Source: Takakia lepidozioides
Lineage: Eukaryota; Plantae; Bryophyta
Reading direction: 5' to 3'
DNA: 64,000 nucleotides
NCBI GenBank assembly: GCA_030704615.1
Contig: CM060734.1
Span: 63,426,001 to 63,490,000, forward strand
How positions within the stretch are numbered: the stretch's first letter is position 1; every line of letters starts with the position of its first letter. Below are positions 1 to 13,525 of the stretch, one piece after another. A program made the position numbers and the translations under genes. The notes below the pieces were generated by a model that had not been told where the DNA came from, did no database searches, and saw only the letters and a list, made by a program, of their open reading frames with translations.

Positions 1-1744
1 GAGAGTACCGGTACCCGTCCCTGGACAACCGTTTAGGCGATAATTAATTCGAAATGAAAGTGCCTAACGCGTTTTGGGAAGTTTTCAGATTTTGGCCTAA
101 TTGCTCACAAACGATGGGACCAAAGTGCCTAAGTAATGCCTACAATTCCAACAAAAAACTTTCAAGCCTCTTCCGATCGTGTTGTTTGTAATAAGATGAA
201 AATTTCATTGAACAAAAATCAATACAAATATATGCGTGCGGAAATAACTTTTTACAAATCCCAATCTATTTGCGAGAGCTCCATGTAACATTGTTCACAC
301 CCAGAAGGTGAAGGTACAACACCTAATGGAATATGGACTCGTGAGGCGGGGCGGCTAGGTGCAAGCTTGGAGGAGATTTGAGCAGGGCCTGTTGGCATCG
401 GATAAGGGGCCCATGGGCATTGGGTTTTTATTTTGTATTTTATTCTTAAGAAAATAAATGTTTTCTCTTCTCATGTGCCTAATTCAATAAACTTTGAGGC
501 AGCTCTTAGGATCTGTCTTCTTACTTAGATGCTACTGGCTTAGTGGCTCCCTTAGTCCTTGTTGCAGGCTTCTATCTCTGCTGCCAGTTTCTGCGGTGTC
601 TTGGACACTTCCTCTTTCCTGTATAGTTTCAGCATCTGATGTAAGCTTATTACAAGCTTAGTGTTTGCTTGCTGCCCTCTTAGTCTTCTTCCTTGCTCTC
701 TCTCTTCTTGTTCTTAGGCGGAGTGGAACCTCATTACTCAGCCTTCATGGCTAAAATGTATGGTTCATTACCAATCCTTTTATTAAATAAAGTTTTCAGG
801 GCTACCTCCCCTTTCTCTCTCTTTTTTCTTAAAGAAAAAACTTATAGCATGAAGATGCCTAATTTGAAGAAATGGTTTGAGAAACGTGCCTATTTGTTTT
901 TCAATAATTGTTAGGCACAAAAATGCCTGAACGGTTGTCCAGGTACTAGGAAGAATGTAACAAGTTAATGCACGTGTGCAATCTCTGACAGGATGATACG
1001 CCTGTTCTGGCATGTCAAATCTTTCCCCCACCTCCCTTGAGAGTTCAAAGGAATGTAACTCCAATTGGGGTGACACTAGATTCATACAACGGAATGTAGG
1101 TGCCAGGTTCCATAGGCACTCCCAAACGCACCCCAAAGCAACTGCCCCCAAGAAAGAATCGCCCCTTAAAATCGCTAGGGGTGGTTCCATGCAGACCATC
1201 CCCTCCTTCCCCTTTAATGCATGGCACTTGGTGCCATGTGGGCCCGTGACATACCAAATGACAAGTAATTCAGCTTTGGGATGAGATTATCAAAATTTCA
1301 TCCCATTTTTCCCCATCTTCAACTATTTCTCTTACACTGGACATTATCTTTTATAGTATGTGTATTTTTTATTTCTTTAACTGTAAACTAGTCTCGCAAG
1401 CTTATTTTCACGTCACGTAAGATTTTTCTATCTCTCTCTCTTTTTCTTCCCCTCGCATTGTGCTCTCTCACAACCTGATCATGGCCTTGTCAAAGACTTC
1501 AGATACATATCATTGTTTTATCAGTATGGATTTTATTTTATTTTATGAAGAACAGGGGATGGAAGCCTTGGGAACATATTAAAAAAACGGGGGGTACATG
1601 CAGTGGAAAAAATAACCAGTGAGGAGCCTTCAAGGCAAGAACCCACGGGGAAACTCCCGGGACCTTGGGGATCAAAGAGGGGAACAAAAAGAGGGGGTAC
1701 GATATCAAGACCTCAAAAATTGAAGAGAGACAAGAAATGGTAAT

Positions 1745-4700
1745 CAATATATGAATTAAGACGATTTGTTTGTTTTGTTTTGTTTTGTTTTGTTTTGTCT
1801 CAAGGCCCCAGCCCTCGTGCTTGGTACCGTTGGAAAGCCCTTGACGAGGAGGGGTGCACGGGCTTGGTCTCATGATTTTTGGACATGCGGTGTGGGAGAT
1901 GTCGAATTCCAAGTACTTTTGGTCGTTGGAAATTCACAAAAAATAGCAAAAATGGCAGAGTGGGCGTTCCTGGGACAATGGTTGGAGCCTTGACGGGAGA
2001 GATATCAAGGGAAAGGTCTCCGGTTCAAATCTGGTCGTAGTCTCTCTGACAAAAAAAAAAAAAAAACTGATTAGATATGGGATTGCACTTGGACTTAGAT
2101 GACACTGGACACTTGGGCCTCTACATGGGAGATGCACTTGGATACATGAATAGAAGATTGCACTTGGGCTTAGATTTCAATTCTTCACACATGGGCCAAC
2201 GGCATAGGCTACACTAGAGGACGCACTTGGGCCTCGACATAGGAGACCCACTTGGGTACATAAGAAATTGCACTTGGGCTTAGATTTCAATTCTTGACAC
2301 TGGGACCTTGACATAGGAGACGCTACTTGAATACATAGGGGATTGCACTTGGACTTAGATTTCAATTCTTAACACATGGGCCAATGGCATAGGCTACCCT
2401 AGGCCTGGATCTCCCAAACATGAGGGTCTCTAGATACATAGGGGATTGCACACTGGGCTCTAGGCTCTGTGGAAAAAATACATAGGAAATTTCTTAGATT
2501 TTCAATTCTTCACACATGGGCCAAATGTACATGCTATCCTAGAGGTCACACTTGGGCCTCGACATAGGAGACGCACTTGGATACATAGGAAATTGCACTG
2601 GGTACATAGGAGATTGGACTTGGATACATATGCCAACGGCACCATCTAGCTACCCTAGAGGTCGCACTTGGGCCTCGACATAGGAGACGCACTTGGATAC
2701 ATAGGAGATCTTGCACCTGGGTTAAATGACACTAGACACTTGGGCCAATGGCACATGCGACCTTGGAGGTCATACTTGGGCCTAGACACAGGAGACGCAC
2801 TTGAATGCATAGGAGATTGCACTTGGGCTTAGATGACAATGGACACTTGGGCCTTTACATGGAAGATGCACTTGGATACATAGAAGATTGCACTTGGGCT
2901 TAGATGACACTGGACACTTGGGCCAACGGCAGAGGCTATCCTAGGGCCTAGAGGTTGCACTTGGGCCTTGACATAGGAGACGCACTTGGATACATAGGAA
3001 ATTGCACTAGATACATAGGAGATTGGGATTGGACTTGGGCTTAGATGACAGTGGACAATTGGGGCTCTACATGGGATATGCACTTGGATATATGAAAAGA
3101 AGATTGCACTTGGATACACAGGAAATTACCAATGTTGGCCGGGTATGGCATCTGGACATGCATATCCGGCGGTTATTTGTCGGTTATGCACATATGCACA
3201 ACCAGAAAGTGTAGCCCTTGCAGGAACCGGCTATGGATAGGAACCGGCAAAAGCCATCGAGCTTGCTAGAGAACCGGCATCGTAATTGTAAGGATGTTAT
3301 ACCCCGGAGCAAGATCCGGAGCAAATGTGGATGTCGTAGAGGCGGTTCTAGATATAAATACAAGTCATGTAGGGGCTGGTGATGGTAGTTAAGAACATTA
3401 CAAATGGACAGATCTTGAGGGGAATGTTATGTCTTACTAGAATGTTATGTCTTACTAGTTACAATACATTTACAATGGTTAGGGAGAATGTCCGAGTAGA
3501 TAGGAAATTAATTAGTTGGGCATTTGGCTAAAATAATAGTTGTAAGCTGTAAGCTTAGGGTATTACAAGGGCAGAGCCCCCCGAGATAGATGACAGGAGT
3601 TGAACATTTGAAAATCAGATCCACAGGCCAACACACGAGTGGGCTTACCACCACCCTCTTGTGTAGTTTTACACACATACACAAAAAGTCAAATAATAGT
3701 GGATGAATCCCATAACCGGTACCATGGAACCGGCATTTTTTAAGATGACATAACCGGTAGATTGAGAACCAGACCAAAAAAAAATTCATGTGTTTAATGA
3801 GCACCTGTAACCGAGATGTTTTTTAAACCTATTGGTATACCCTACCCCGGCCATCCATTTTTTTCAAAGAGTAGGCTATAACCGGGATCGGAAGAGGGCT
3901 CAAAACATGGTACCCGGCCAACACTGGAAATTACACTTGGTCTTAGATTTCAATTCTTCACATATGGGGCAAATGGCATAGCCTACTCTAGAGGTCGCAC
4001 TTGGGCCTCGACATAGGAGACGCATTGGGATACATAGAAGATCTTACACTCGGGCTTCAATGACATTGGACATTTGGGCCAACGGCACAGCTACCCTAGA
4101 GGTCACATTTGGGCCTCGACATAGGAGACGCACTTGGATAATAGGGGATTGCACTCGGACTTAGATGACACTGGACACTTGGGCCAACGGCACAAGCTAC
4201 CCTAGTCAATATATGAAGCGAGACGTTTGTTTTGTTTTGTTTTTTTTGTTTTTTTTGTTTTGTAGATTTGAGATGTCCCAAACTGCGGGGCCCCACCGTG
4301 AGTGCTTAGTACCGTTGGAAAGCCCTGGATGAGGAGGGGTGCACGGGCTTGGTCTCACGATTTTTGGACCTGCGGTGTGGGAGATACGGAATTCCAAGTA
4401 CTTTTGGTCGCTGGAAATTCACAAAAAATAGCAAAGTGGGCATTCATGGACAATGGTTGGAGCCTCGAGAGGAGAGATATTAGGGAAAGGTCTCCGGTTC
4501 AAATCTGGTCGTAGGCTATGTAAAAAGAAAATGCATTTGGACTTAGATGACATTGGACACTTGGGCCAATGGCACAGGCTACCCTAGAGACGGGAGACAT
4601 ATCAATAATGACTGGATATTATTACTCGATAAATTCATGAAAAAATTAAATGGGGCCTTGACATGGGAGACGTACTTGAATACATAGGAGATTGCACATT

Positions 4701-5499
4701 GGGCTTAGATGGGCCTCAACATTGGAGGCGCACATGGGAGACGCCCTTGGATATATAGGAGACGCACTTGGATACATAGGATATCGCACTTGGGCTTAGA
4801 TGACAGTGGACACTTGAGCCTCTACATGGGAAATGCACTTGGATACATAGAAGATTGCACTTGGGCTTAGATGGGCCTCGACATAGGAGACGCACACGGA
4901 TACATAAGAAAATTGCATTTGGTCTTAGATTTCAATTTTTCACACATGGGCCAAAAGAAGAGACTACCCTAGAGGTCGCACTTGGGCCTGGACATTGGAG
5001 ACGTACTTCGATACATAGGATATTGCACTTGGACATAGCAAACGCACTTGGATACATAGGAGATTGCACTTGGGCCAACGGCACAGGCTACCCTAGTCAA
5101 TATATGAATCGAGACGTTTGTTTTGTTTTGTTTTGTTTTGTAGCGTCGTTGAGATCTCCCAAACCGCGGGGCCCCAGCGCGGGTGCTTGGTGGCATTGGA
5201 AAGCCCTGGATGAGGATGGGTGCACCGGCTTGGTCTCATGATTTTTGGACCAGCGGTGAGGGAGATGTGGAATTCCAAGTACTTTTGGAAATTCATAAAA
5301 AATAGCAAAAATGGCAAAGTGGGCATTCATGGAACAATGGTTGGAGCCTCGACGGGAGAGATATCAAGGGAAATGTCTCCGGCTCAAATCTGGTCATAGG
5401 CTCTGTGGGAAAAAACTTACTTAGATGACATTGGACACTTGGGCCAACGGCAAAGGCTACCCTAGAGGTTGCATTTGGGCCTCGACATAAGAAACGCAC
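1745..5499. repeat. Degenerate satellite of ~20-22 bp GCACTTGG(G/A)-core units with three interspersed copies of a ~300 bp module (~1745-2050, ~4205-4525, ~5095-5410)
   Basis: Dozens of GCACTTGGGC/GCACTTGGATACATAGGAGA motifs. The module (GTTTT)n-...CRTTGGAAAGCCC..GAGGAGGGGTGCAC...AATTCCAAGTACTTTTGG...TCAAATCTGGTC recurs three times. Confidence 0.85.
3130..3926. mobile_element. hAT-type non-autonomous element (MITE) inserted in the satellite
   Basis: TIRs CAATGTTGGCCGGGTA / TACCCGGCCAACACTG (1 mismatch); 8-bp TSD GAAATTAC at 3122-3129 and 3927-3934. Confidence 0.85.
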
Positions 5500-5780
5500 T
5501 ATCAAGTAAAGTTTACTAGTAGTGTGAAACTAGCCAATAAATAACTAGTTTTTTATATATGATACTTGGGCTTGATCCAAGTGTCAACCCAGGGGTCAAG
5601 ATATTTGTTGGCCCCTGGGCGTGGCTTATCTTCACGGCGAACGCGCGGTGAGGCTCATCTCTCTCGAGTTGAACCTCCTGCATCGGCTATGGCACGTGTA
5701 GTGCAAATTCCCCATAGCTTTTGGGGTGTGCTTGGCTTGACTCGTAATGTATGAGTGATGGTGTCTAGTTTTTATTATCA
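5500..5780 (+). mobile_element. Diverged 5' terminal repeat ('A') related to the repeat at 18331-18681
   Basis: Starts TATCAAG (cf. TGTCAAG) and ends TATCA. Shares CTTATCTTCACG, GGCTCATCTCTCTCGAGTTGA, CCCCATAGCTT..GGGG and GAGTGATGGTGT with 18331-18681. Followed directly by CTCGAGAGAGATG. Confidence 0.75.
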
Positions 5781-6012
5781 CTCGAGAGAGATGTTGTTTG
5801 GTCTTATAGTGCTAGGCTAGATAGACAATGTGTTGTTATCACTGTGTTGTTGAGGATTGAATTATGGAAAGCATAACTCATAAGGAGAAAGAGTGGTTTA
5901 TAGTGATAAGATAGTGGTTGTTGGTTTTGAAGTTACAGTATTTGCACAATGGTATGTACGAATTGATATCGTACAGGTATAATCTGATTTTGATTCCGAA
6001 GAGCAAGTTGCC

Positions 6013-6745
6013 TGTCGCGCACCTCACTTCGGTAAGCTCCCCTTCAAGTCATAGTTACTCGCTTTGATGCGCGCGCCTGACTCCCAACCTGGCCGCCGGG
6101 CCAACTCGGAGCTTCGGCTGCTCACCGGGACATAACGGTCCCCCCTTCGCTCTCCCGAAAGACCCTCCACCTATTTGGGCCTAGCGGAATTCCCTTTGGT
6201 AGATGGCAGTCCGGAACAGCTCCCCACTCTTTGGTCGCTTTCCGGCTCGCTTGCTTACTCACTAGTTTTTGGACACCAACGGGCTTGCACCGTTCTCGGG
6301 GTTACTACTCCCTATATATACTTCTGTAGCTGTCCGCGGGGGTTTCACAACCAGCCATGCCATTTTATGGCGAACCACCACGAAGACCCTCGACTCCCGG
6401 TGGTGAGTCGCGGTGAGTCTTGGCCCTCTCACCACGACCCCATTGGGCCGTGATGAGTCCCAAGACTCCCCACGACTCCCACCACGAGGTCTCCACCCTA
6501 TGGTGAGTCCTATGCCACCCCCACTAAGACCCGCTAAGCTACCACCACCCCTTGTGGAGCCACTCCCACCGCAACCCGGTGTGCAGGGCTCCACCTAGTG
6601 AGCGCCTCCACCTCCTTGAGTGCCTTGGACACTCAAGGGTGCTTCAGCCCCCCCATACCTATCGCTGCCGCTGCCCCCACCACAGGGGCAGCCCCTCATG
6701 TGTCCCGACCCCCCCCCCCCCCCCTCAAGGCAAAGGGCCGCGACA
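6013..6745 (-). repeat. 3' LTR of the chromovirus (733 bp)
   Basis: Near-identical to 12263-13001 (about 5 substitutions plus homopolymer length differences by hand count). Purine-rich tract adjacent at ~6746-6760. Confidence 0.95.
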
Positions 6746-7647
6746 CACACCCCTACCAACAGGGAGTCGATGTCCTCATCGACTTGTCCATTTTGTAGAA
6801 ACGAACATCCAAGTTGTGGCGTCCCACATCAAGGAGTTTGTTTCCGCACCATGGCGTCCCATGGCAAAGAACCAAACCCCACACTTGACTCTACTCTCCA
6901 CTAGCTAGTTCGGCCGGCTTCCTCCAAGTCCCGGCCAAGGGTGGAGCCTCTCAAGCTCCTCCCAGTGCACTCTTCTTGGCCTACTTTAAGGCCAAGGAAC
7001 GATCCTCCCGAGGATCGAATCGCCTTACTGCAACACATTGCTTGCGACCGCTCATGATGCCGCTTTTGGCATCATCTTGAGCAAGGGTTTCCTAGAACCC
7101 TCTTTGACTAGGAAGATAACCTTGAACCAACCGTGCGCCCCAATCACTACAATTGGGTCCGCCTTGGAATGCTGGCCTGAGGTACGGGAACACGCCGAAG
7201 CCGCACTACGACTTCGTCCCGAGGCTACACGATTATAGTACGTGAACGGAAGCACGTAGCTTCCGCGTTAGCCCGCACTACAAGGCAACCCCCTCGGTAG
7301 CGCAGTTATAGTACGCGCACGCACCAGGTGCGCACTAGCACGTGAACTCCCAAAGAAGGCGCAAGTTTCCTTGCCCCTTGGATGGGGGTCACCCGATTTC
7401 GGCACTACGCAAACACACGATTAACCCAATTTACCTCTCCCACTTTTATAAGCTAGCATGCATTCTACACACTAGCCAACCATACCATGCATCACCATTC
7501 CAAACAAAATAGGACGCACAACATTTGGAATCCATTTCATTTATAGCACGTTTTGTACAATACAAGTTTTTGCAATCGGATTCATAAGCTAGAAAAGCCG
7601 GGCTAAGCATGCATTTCCTCCCCCACGCTCCAAGGTTGATGTTCCCA

Positions 7648-10600
7648 TCAACGCTTCTTCCGCTTTTGAGGTCGCCCTTCGAAAGCTGCAACCGCCTCGG
7701 ATGCGTTTCCCATTTCTGAGGCACGCACCCAAGATGCCTCTACATGATGATAGCCCTTCCATTTGACGAGATACTCCGTTTCTCGGTTCCTGAACCTCCT
7801 CGACTTAAGTATTGCCTCCACCTCGTACTCAGGTTCATTTTCATGATCCAACAGCATAGGTGGCGGACGCAACACTTGATGCCGATTCGGATGCGCTTCA
7901 TCTTTGAAGTAAGGCTTCAAAAGAGAGACATGGAATATTGGGTGCACCTTGCTGTTTGCCGGCAGCTCCAATTCATACACATCCTCATTCATAACCTTCC
8001 GAATGCGAAAGGGTCCCGCATACGGAGGTACGAACTTCGGACTCACTTCCGGAGGTAGTCGGAAATTCTTGATGTTCAACCAGACCTCTGTGCCTGCCTC
8101 AAACTTCACTTCCCTCCGCTTCCGATTCGCCTGCCTTTCATACTGTTTCCTAGCTTTGGCAATATTGTACTTTGCGAGTTTCAACAAACGCTCGCGTTCT
8201 TCCAGTACCGCCGCTACTCCGGTTCCTCAACGTCCTGGACGGCCCAACTTGTCGGCACCAGAGGTGCTTTTCCATAGACCAGTACGAAAGGGGAAACTCC
8301 CGTTGCGGAGTGTTCTGTGTTATTATAACAGAACTCTGCCGCGTCTAAGTGTTCCATCCAGTCTGATTGGTCTGCCGACACGTAATTCCGCAAGAATTGC
8401 TTCACTACGGAATTCACTCTTTCCGTTTGGCCGTCCGTCATAGGTTGGAAGGCGGTGCTCATCTTCAGCCTCGTCCCCATCTTCTTCCAAAGTGCTCTCC
8501 AGAATTTACTCGTAAACTTTGGATCGCGGTCCGAGACAATATCCTTCGGGACTCCATGATGCTTTAAGACGTGGGCGAAGTAAAGTCGCCCTGTCTCCTG
8601 CGCCGTTGCCGTCTCCTTGGTGGGGATGAAATGGCCCATTTTACTGAACCTATCCACCACCACCATGATTGCATCGAATCCTTTTGACAGCGGCATAACA
8701 GTCATGAAATCCATCGAGACGCTTTCCCAAGTCCCCTCTGGAATCGGCAAGGGTCGTAACAGCCCCGCTGGCTTTTTGTACTCGCTCCGGTTTTGTTGGC
8801 ATGTGGTGCATGTCTTGACATACTCCTCTGCCTCCTCCCTCAGTTTGGGCCAGAAATACCCCTTCTTCAAGAGTGCCGCAGTGCGCTTGGCTCCGCCGTG
8901 GCCCGCAAGCGGGCTATCATGACATTCTCTTAAGAGGCTATCTCTGATCCCTCCCTTTGGCACGTAGAGACGTTTTTGCTTATACCGGAGCAGTCCATTT
9001 TGCAAGTGGAACTGCGATTTAACCCCCATCCTCAAGTCCTGCATCATGGACTTCGCCAGCTCATCCTTCCGGCAAGCCTTCCGGATCTTCCTTTGGAGTG
9101 CCGACTCGTCCTTGTACACCAACAAGAGCTGCTGCTTTCTACTTAAAGCATCGGCCACCACATTGTCCCGTCCCGGTTTGTACTGGATATCCACGTCGAA
9201 CACCGCCAAAGTATCTTGCCACCTAAGTTGTTTTGGGGACAACTTGGGCTGCGTGGCAAAATACTTCACTGTGACATTGTCCGTGAACACCTTCACTGGG
9301 TTGGAACCAACATAGTGGCGCCAAAGCTCAAGGCAATGCACCACCGCCTTCATCTCTTTTTTGTGCGTTGGCCACCGTCGCTCTACTTCATTCAGTTTCT
9401 TACTTTCGTAAGCCACTGGACGTCCATCTTGCATAAGTACAACCCCAATCGCGAAGTCCGACGCATCTGTATGAATCTCAAATGGACGATCGAACTCCGG
9501 GATTTTCAAGACTGGAGCTTCCGCCATCCGCTGCTTCAATTCAGCAAAAGCTTGGCCACAAAAGGTGTTCCATGCCAGACTTTAGATTTACACAGAAGGT
9601 CCGACAGCGGCCCCGCGATCTTGGCGAAATTTCTCACATACTTCCGGTAATAGGAGGCGAGTCCTAGGAAGGATCGCACTCCCGGGACCGAAGTCGGAGG
9701 TCCCAGTCCAAGATCGCCCTCACCTTTCTGTCATCCATTTTGATCCCATCCTGTGTAATCACATGCCCCAGGAACTCCACTTTTGTGACCCCGAATTCGC
9801 ACTTTGAAGCTTTGGCATACAGCTTCCCTTCTCGCAATTTTTGGAACACCCTTTTGAGGTGCTCCAGGTGCTCCTCCTTTGTTTTCGAGAACACCAAGAT
9901 GTCGTCGATGTACACGATCACAAAGTCATCCAACCACTCCTGGAAAAGGTTGTTCATCAGCGTGCTAAATGTCGCTGATGCATTGGTGAGCCCAAAAGGC
10001 ATCACCAAGAACTCATATGAACCATACCTTGTCCTGCACGCGGTCTTCTCCTCATCTCCTTCCGCCACCCGAATTTGATGATAGCCGGAGCGCAAGTCGA
10101 TCCGGCTGAAATACTTCGCTCCTGCCAACCGATCGAAGAGGTCGTCGATCCTTGGCAAAGGGTACCGGTTTTTGATAGTCACCTTATTCAGAGCCCTGTA
10201 ATCGACACACATCCGCAGCGTCCCATCCTTCTTGTCTGCGAATAGCACCGGGGCTCCGTAAGGTGACTTACTCGGCCGGATGTACCCCTTTGACATTAGA
10301 TCCTTGAGCTGAGTCTTCAGCTCGACCAACTCCCTGTGGCTCAACCGGTAGGGTGCCTTGGCAGGCGGTTCCGTTCCCGGTATCACCTCAATCTTGTGGT
10401 CAACTCCTCTTCGCGGTGGCAAGCCGCTTGGTAAATCCTCCGGCATCACATCCTGGTATTTCTCCAAAATCCCCTTGATCCAATCTGGGCTTGGCTCCCC
10501 ATCGCCTTCTCCCTTCACTTCTCTAATGTAAAGCAAAAACTGGGGTTCGTGTGTCTCCTCCACGGCCCACTCCCTTGCTGACAGAAGGTTTATTCGCCCT

Positions 10601-12207
10601 CCCACGGATTTGGTCGTTTCTGACACTCGTAAAACCTCGCCACCATTCCCACATGGCAGCGTGACTACTCTCTTGCGGCCATCTATGACCGCTCCGGATT
10701 TGCTCAAAAAGGTCATCCCCAAAATGAGATCCACTCCATCGATCTCGCAGATGGTGAAGTTTTCACGTCCCTCCCAACTCCCCAGTTGAAGAGGAACATC
10801 AATCGCCAACCTTGTCGCCAACTGTGGTTCTCCTTTGGCAGAACGCACCTCAATAGAGGCCCCAACGTCACTTGTCGGGAGTCCCAGCTTTTGTGCCGTT
10901 GCCGGTGTCATGAAGGAGTGCGACGCTCCTGTGTCCACCAACAACGACACATTAGTTCCGGATATTATCCCATCCACGAACAATAACTGACTCTCTTTTC
11001 GTAAGGCGCTAGTTTCCTGATACAACTCACAAGAAAATTTGCCTACCTTGCAAGTCCTGGCGACCACCGCTTCCACCAAGCGACTGATGGTATCTTCCGA
11101 CAGCTCCGTGGTTGCCCGAGTCATGTTCAATTGCCGGGGCTTCGTGCACTTCTTGGCCATGTGCCCAGGCTCCCCGCAATTGAAACACACTCCATCAAAG
11201 GTCGCCTTCTGTCCGCCATAAGCCGCTCCACCCGCTTTTCCTTTCGAAGCACCGGGTGCCGCCTTGACGTGTGAAGGCCCTCCCTTCGATTTCCACGTGC
11301 CATTTTCGCCGCGTGGCCTATCCCACTTCTTTTCCGGTCGGAAGGAGTCACCTTCCCACCGAATCTTCTTGTGGTTTAGCTCCGTACGGCCTTGTCTTTC
11401 ACCCCTAGGGACATCTGAGAAACATTCAGTCCTCTCAATAGCCTCGTTCAAAGTCTTGGGTGGTTTCTCCTCCAACTTCCGCCTGGCCCATAGGGCCAGT
11501 CCCGCCACAAAGTTGAAGACCATTTCTGGTTCTGCCATGTCCGCGACTTCGAGCAGCAGCACATTGAAAGCCTGGACATATCCTTGAATGTCATCTGTTT
11601 GCTTCAAATTCCTCATCTTGTCCCGGACGAGCCAGGACGCGTTGAGGGGCACAAACTGTCTCTTCATCAATTCCTTGAACCCACCCCAGTTCAAGGTTTC
11701 CGGGCTTGGACCTTGATCGTGAAGGCGTTTCTGCCACCATTGTTGAGCATAGCCCCTCAAATAGGTGGGAGCCACTTCCACCCGATCCTCGTCACTCAAC
11801 TTGGCCGCCCGGAAGTACTGCTCTAGCTCCAAGAGCCAGGTGTTGAGTGCCTTCCGATTTTGGACGCCCTCGAAGGTGTCAGGTTCCTTAGGCTTCACCT
11901 TAAACTTCGCCTTAGCGGAAGTGGCATTAGCCGCCTTCAACACGTCTTTCAACGTCCCGCCAAACTGCGCCAACAACCCTTCCCAAAAGGCTGCCGGCAT
12001 GGGAGGCATCTCTTGGTTTGTCGGAGCTCTCAAGGATTCCTCGGGCTCCGACTCCTCAGATTCCTCTCGCTCTTGCGCGGCCTCATTTTTAGAAGCATGC
12101 ATCGCTTCCTCAAACGGCCGCCTCGGTGACACGTCGCCCCCATCGGGCTCACCAGGGTCATCATCTTTTGGGCCGTTCCGCTTTCGCTTTGGCTTGCCCG
12201 ACCCCAT
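7648..12207 (-). pseudogene. Chromovirus gag-pol polyprotein with 2-3 frameshifts
   Basis: CCHC knuckle [14 protein letters not shown], protease LVDTGAS, RT YIDD, RNase H TDAS, integrase HHCC/DDE, GPY/F (YAGPF) and chromodomain (YEVEAIL...YLVKWKGY...SW), split over ORFs 9664-12261, 8214-9539 and 7648-8187. Confidence 0.92.
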
Positions 12208-12248
12208 GATGAGGCCAATCCCAAGGACGATCGCGTACTGAACTCTAA

Positions 12249-12260
12249 GCTCTGATACCA
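12249..12260 (-). promoter_or_regulatory. Primer-binding site complementary to initiator tRNA-Met
   Basis: Minus strand reads TGGTATCAGAGC 2 nt downstream of the 5' LTR. Confidence 0.95.
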
Positions 12261-12262
12261 AG

Positions 12263-13001
12263 TGTCGTGCACCTCACTTCGGTAAGCTCCCCTTCAAGTC
12301 ATAGTTACTCGCTTTGATGCGCGCGCCTGAATCCCAACCTGGCCGCCGGGCCAACTCGGAGCTTCGACTGCTCACCGGGACATAACGGTCCCCCTTCGCT
12401 CTCCCGAAAGACCCTCCACCTATTTGGGCCTAGTGGAATTCCCTTTGGTAGATGGCAGTCCGGAACAGCTCCCCACTCTTTGGTCGCTTTCCGGCTCGCT
12501 TGCTTACTCACTAGTTTTTGGACACCAACGGGCTTGCACCGTTCTCGGGGTTACTACTCCCTATATATACTTCTGTAGCTGTCCGCGGGGGTTTCACAAC
12601 CAGCCATGCCATTTTATGGCGAACCACCACGAAGACCCTCGACTCCCGGTGGTGAGTCGCGGTGAGTCTTGGCCCTCTCACCACGACCCCATTGGGCCGT
12701 GATGAGTCCCAAGACTCCCCACGACTCCCACCACGAGGTCTCCACCCTATGGTGAGTCCTATGCCACCCCCACTAAGACCCGCTAAGCTACCACCACCCC
12801 TTGTGGAGCCACTCCCACCGCAACCCGGTGTGCAGGGCTCCACCTAGTGAGCGCCTCCGCCTCCTTGAGTGCCTTGGACACTCAAGGGTGCTTCAGCCCC
12901 CCCATACCTATCGCTGCCGCTGCCCCCACCACAGGGGCAGCCCCTCATGTGTCCCGACCCCCCCCCCCCCCCCCCCCCCCTCAAGGCAAAGGGCCGCGAC
13001 A
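12263..13001 (-). repeat. 5' LTR of the chromovirus (739 bp)
   Basis: Direct repeat of 6013-6745, adjacent to the PBS. Confidence 0.95.
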
Positions 13002-13315
13002 TTGCCTCAACACAAGCATGCGCAGCCATTTGTTTGAAAGCTTGCAGAGCTGAGAAGAGAAACAAAAGCATTTGTTTGTAGCTAGCTTTGGTGGCGAATC
13101 ATGCAATTGGTCCTTTGAATACTCTGTGAATATGAGCTTTCTTTGGCTTTCCTAAAGTGGACGTCGTAGCTATGCTCAGACTATGAAAGCAAAGGTACTA
13201 TGGCAAGCAGGGTGTGGAAATTGAAGACAGTCAATGGCGTCCCTAAGAAGGTCATCTTTGACGGAGCATGGATGGACTGTTGTGAATGTAACACCTAGCT
13301 ATAGTACAAGCTTGT

Positions 13316-13525
13316 CATACAGGAGTTATGAGGGTCTGAAAATGGTTCCCTGTTGTGATTCACGGAAGAAGACCATGCATTTTTGACACAACAGAGGAGG
13401 CCGCAAGGGCCTATGCTTCGGCCGCAGGTGCCTTGAGAGGAGCTAAGGCGAAGACCAATTTTCGTCTTCTTGTGACAATCTGAGCATTAGTCAGAGTTCT
13501 ACCGTTGAGTCTTGGAACAGCCCCA
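13316..13525 (+). pseudogene. Degenerate AP2/ERF transcription-factor fragment (group VIII-like)
   Basis: Hand translation gives CDSRKKT (cf. RDPWKKT), FDTTEEAARAYASAAGALRGAKAKTNF and SQSSTVESW. Broken by deletions and frameshifts; absent from the ORF track. Confidence 0.85.

Larger units (their letters stand above)
6013..13001 (-). mobile_element. Full-length Ty3/gypsy chromovirus, Galadriel-like
   Basis: TG...CA LTRs at both ends, 5-bp TSD TTGCC (6008-6012, 13002-13006), tRNA-iMet PBS, PPT, and gag-PR-RT-RH-INT-chromodomain order. RT/RH motifs ([30 protein letters not shown]) resemble the Galadriel lineage; the lineage call is less certain than the element call. Confidence 0.95.

Noticed and set aside
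20-944. 19-bp inverted match CCTGGACAACCGTT(T/C)AGGC at ~20-38 and ~926-944
   Set aside because: Too short, at the window edge and with no TSD; cannot define an element.
6175-6908. ORFs inside the chromovirus LTRs
   Set aside because: Duplicated only because the LTR is duplicated; Pro/Gly-rich with no recognisable domain.
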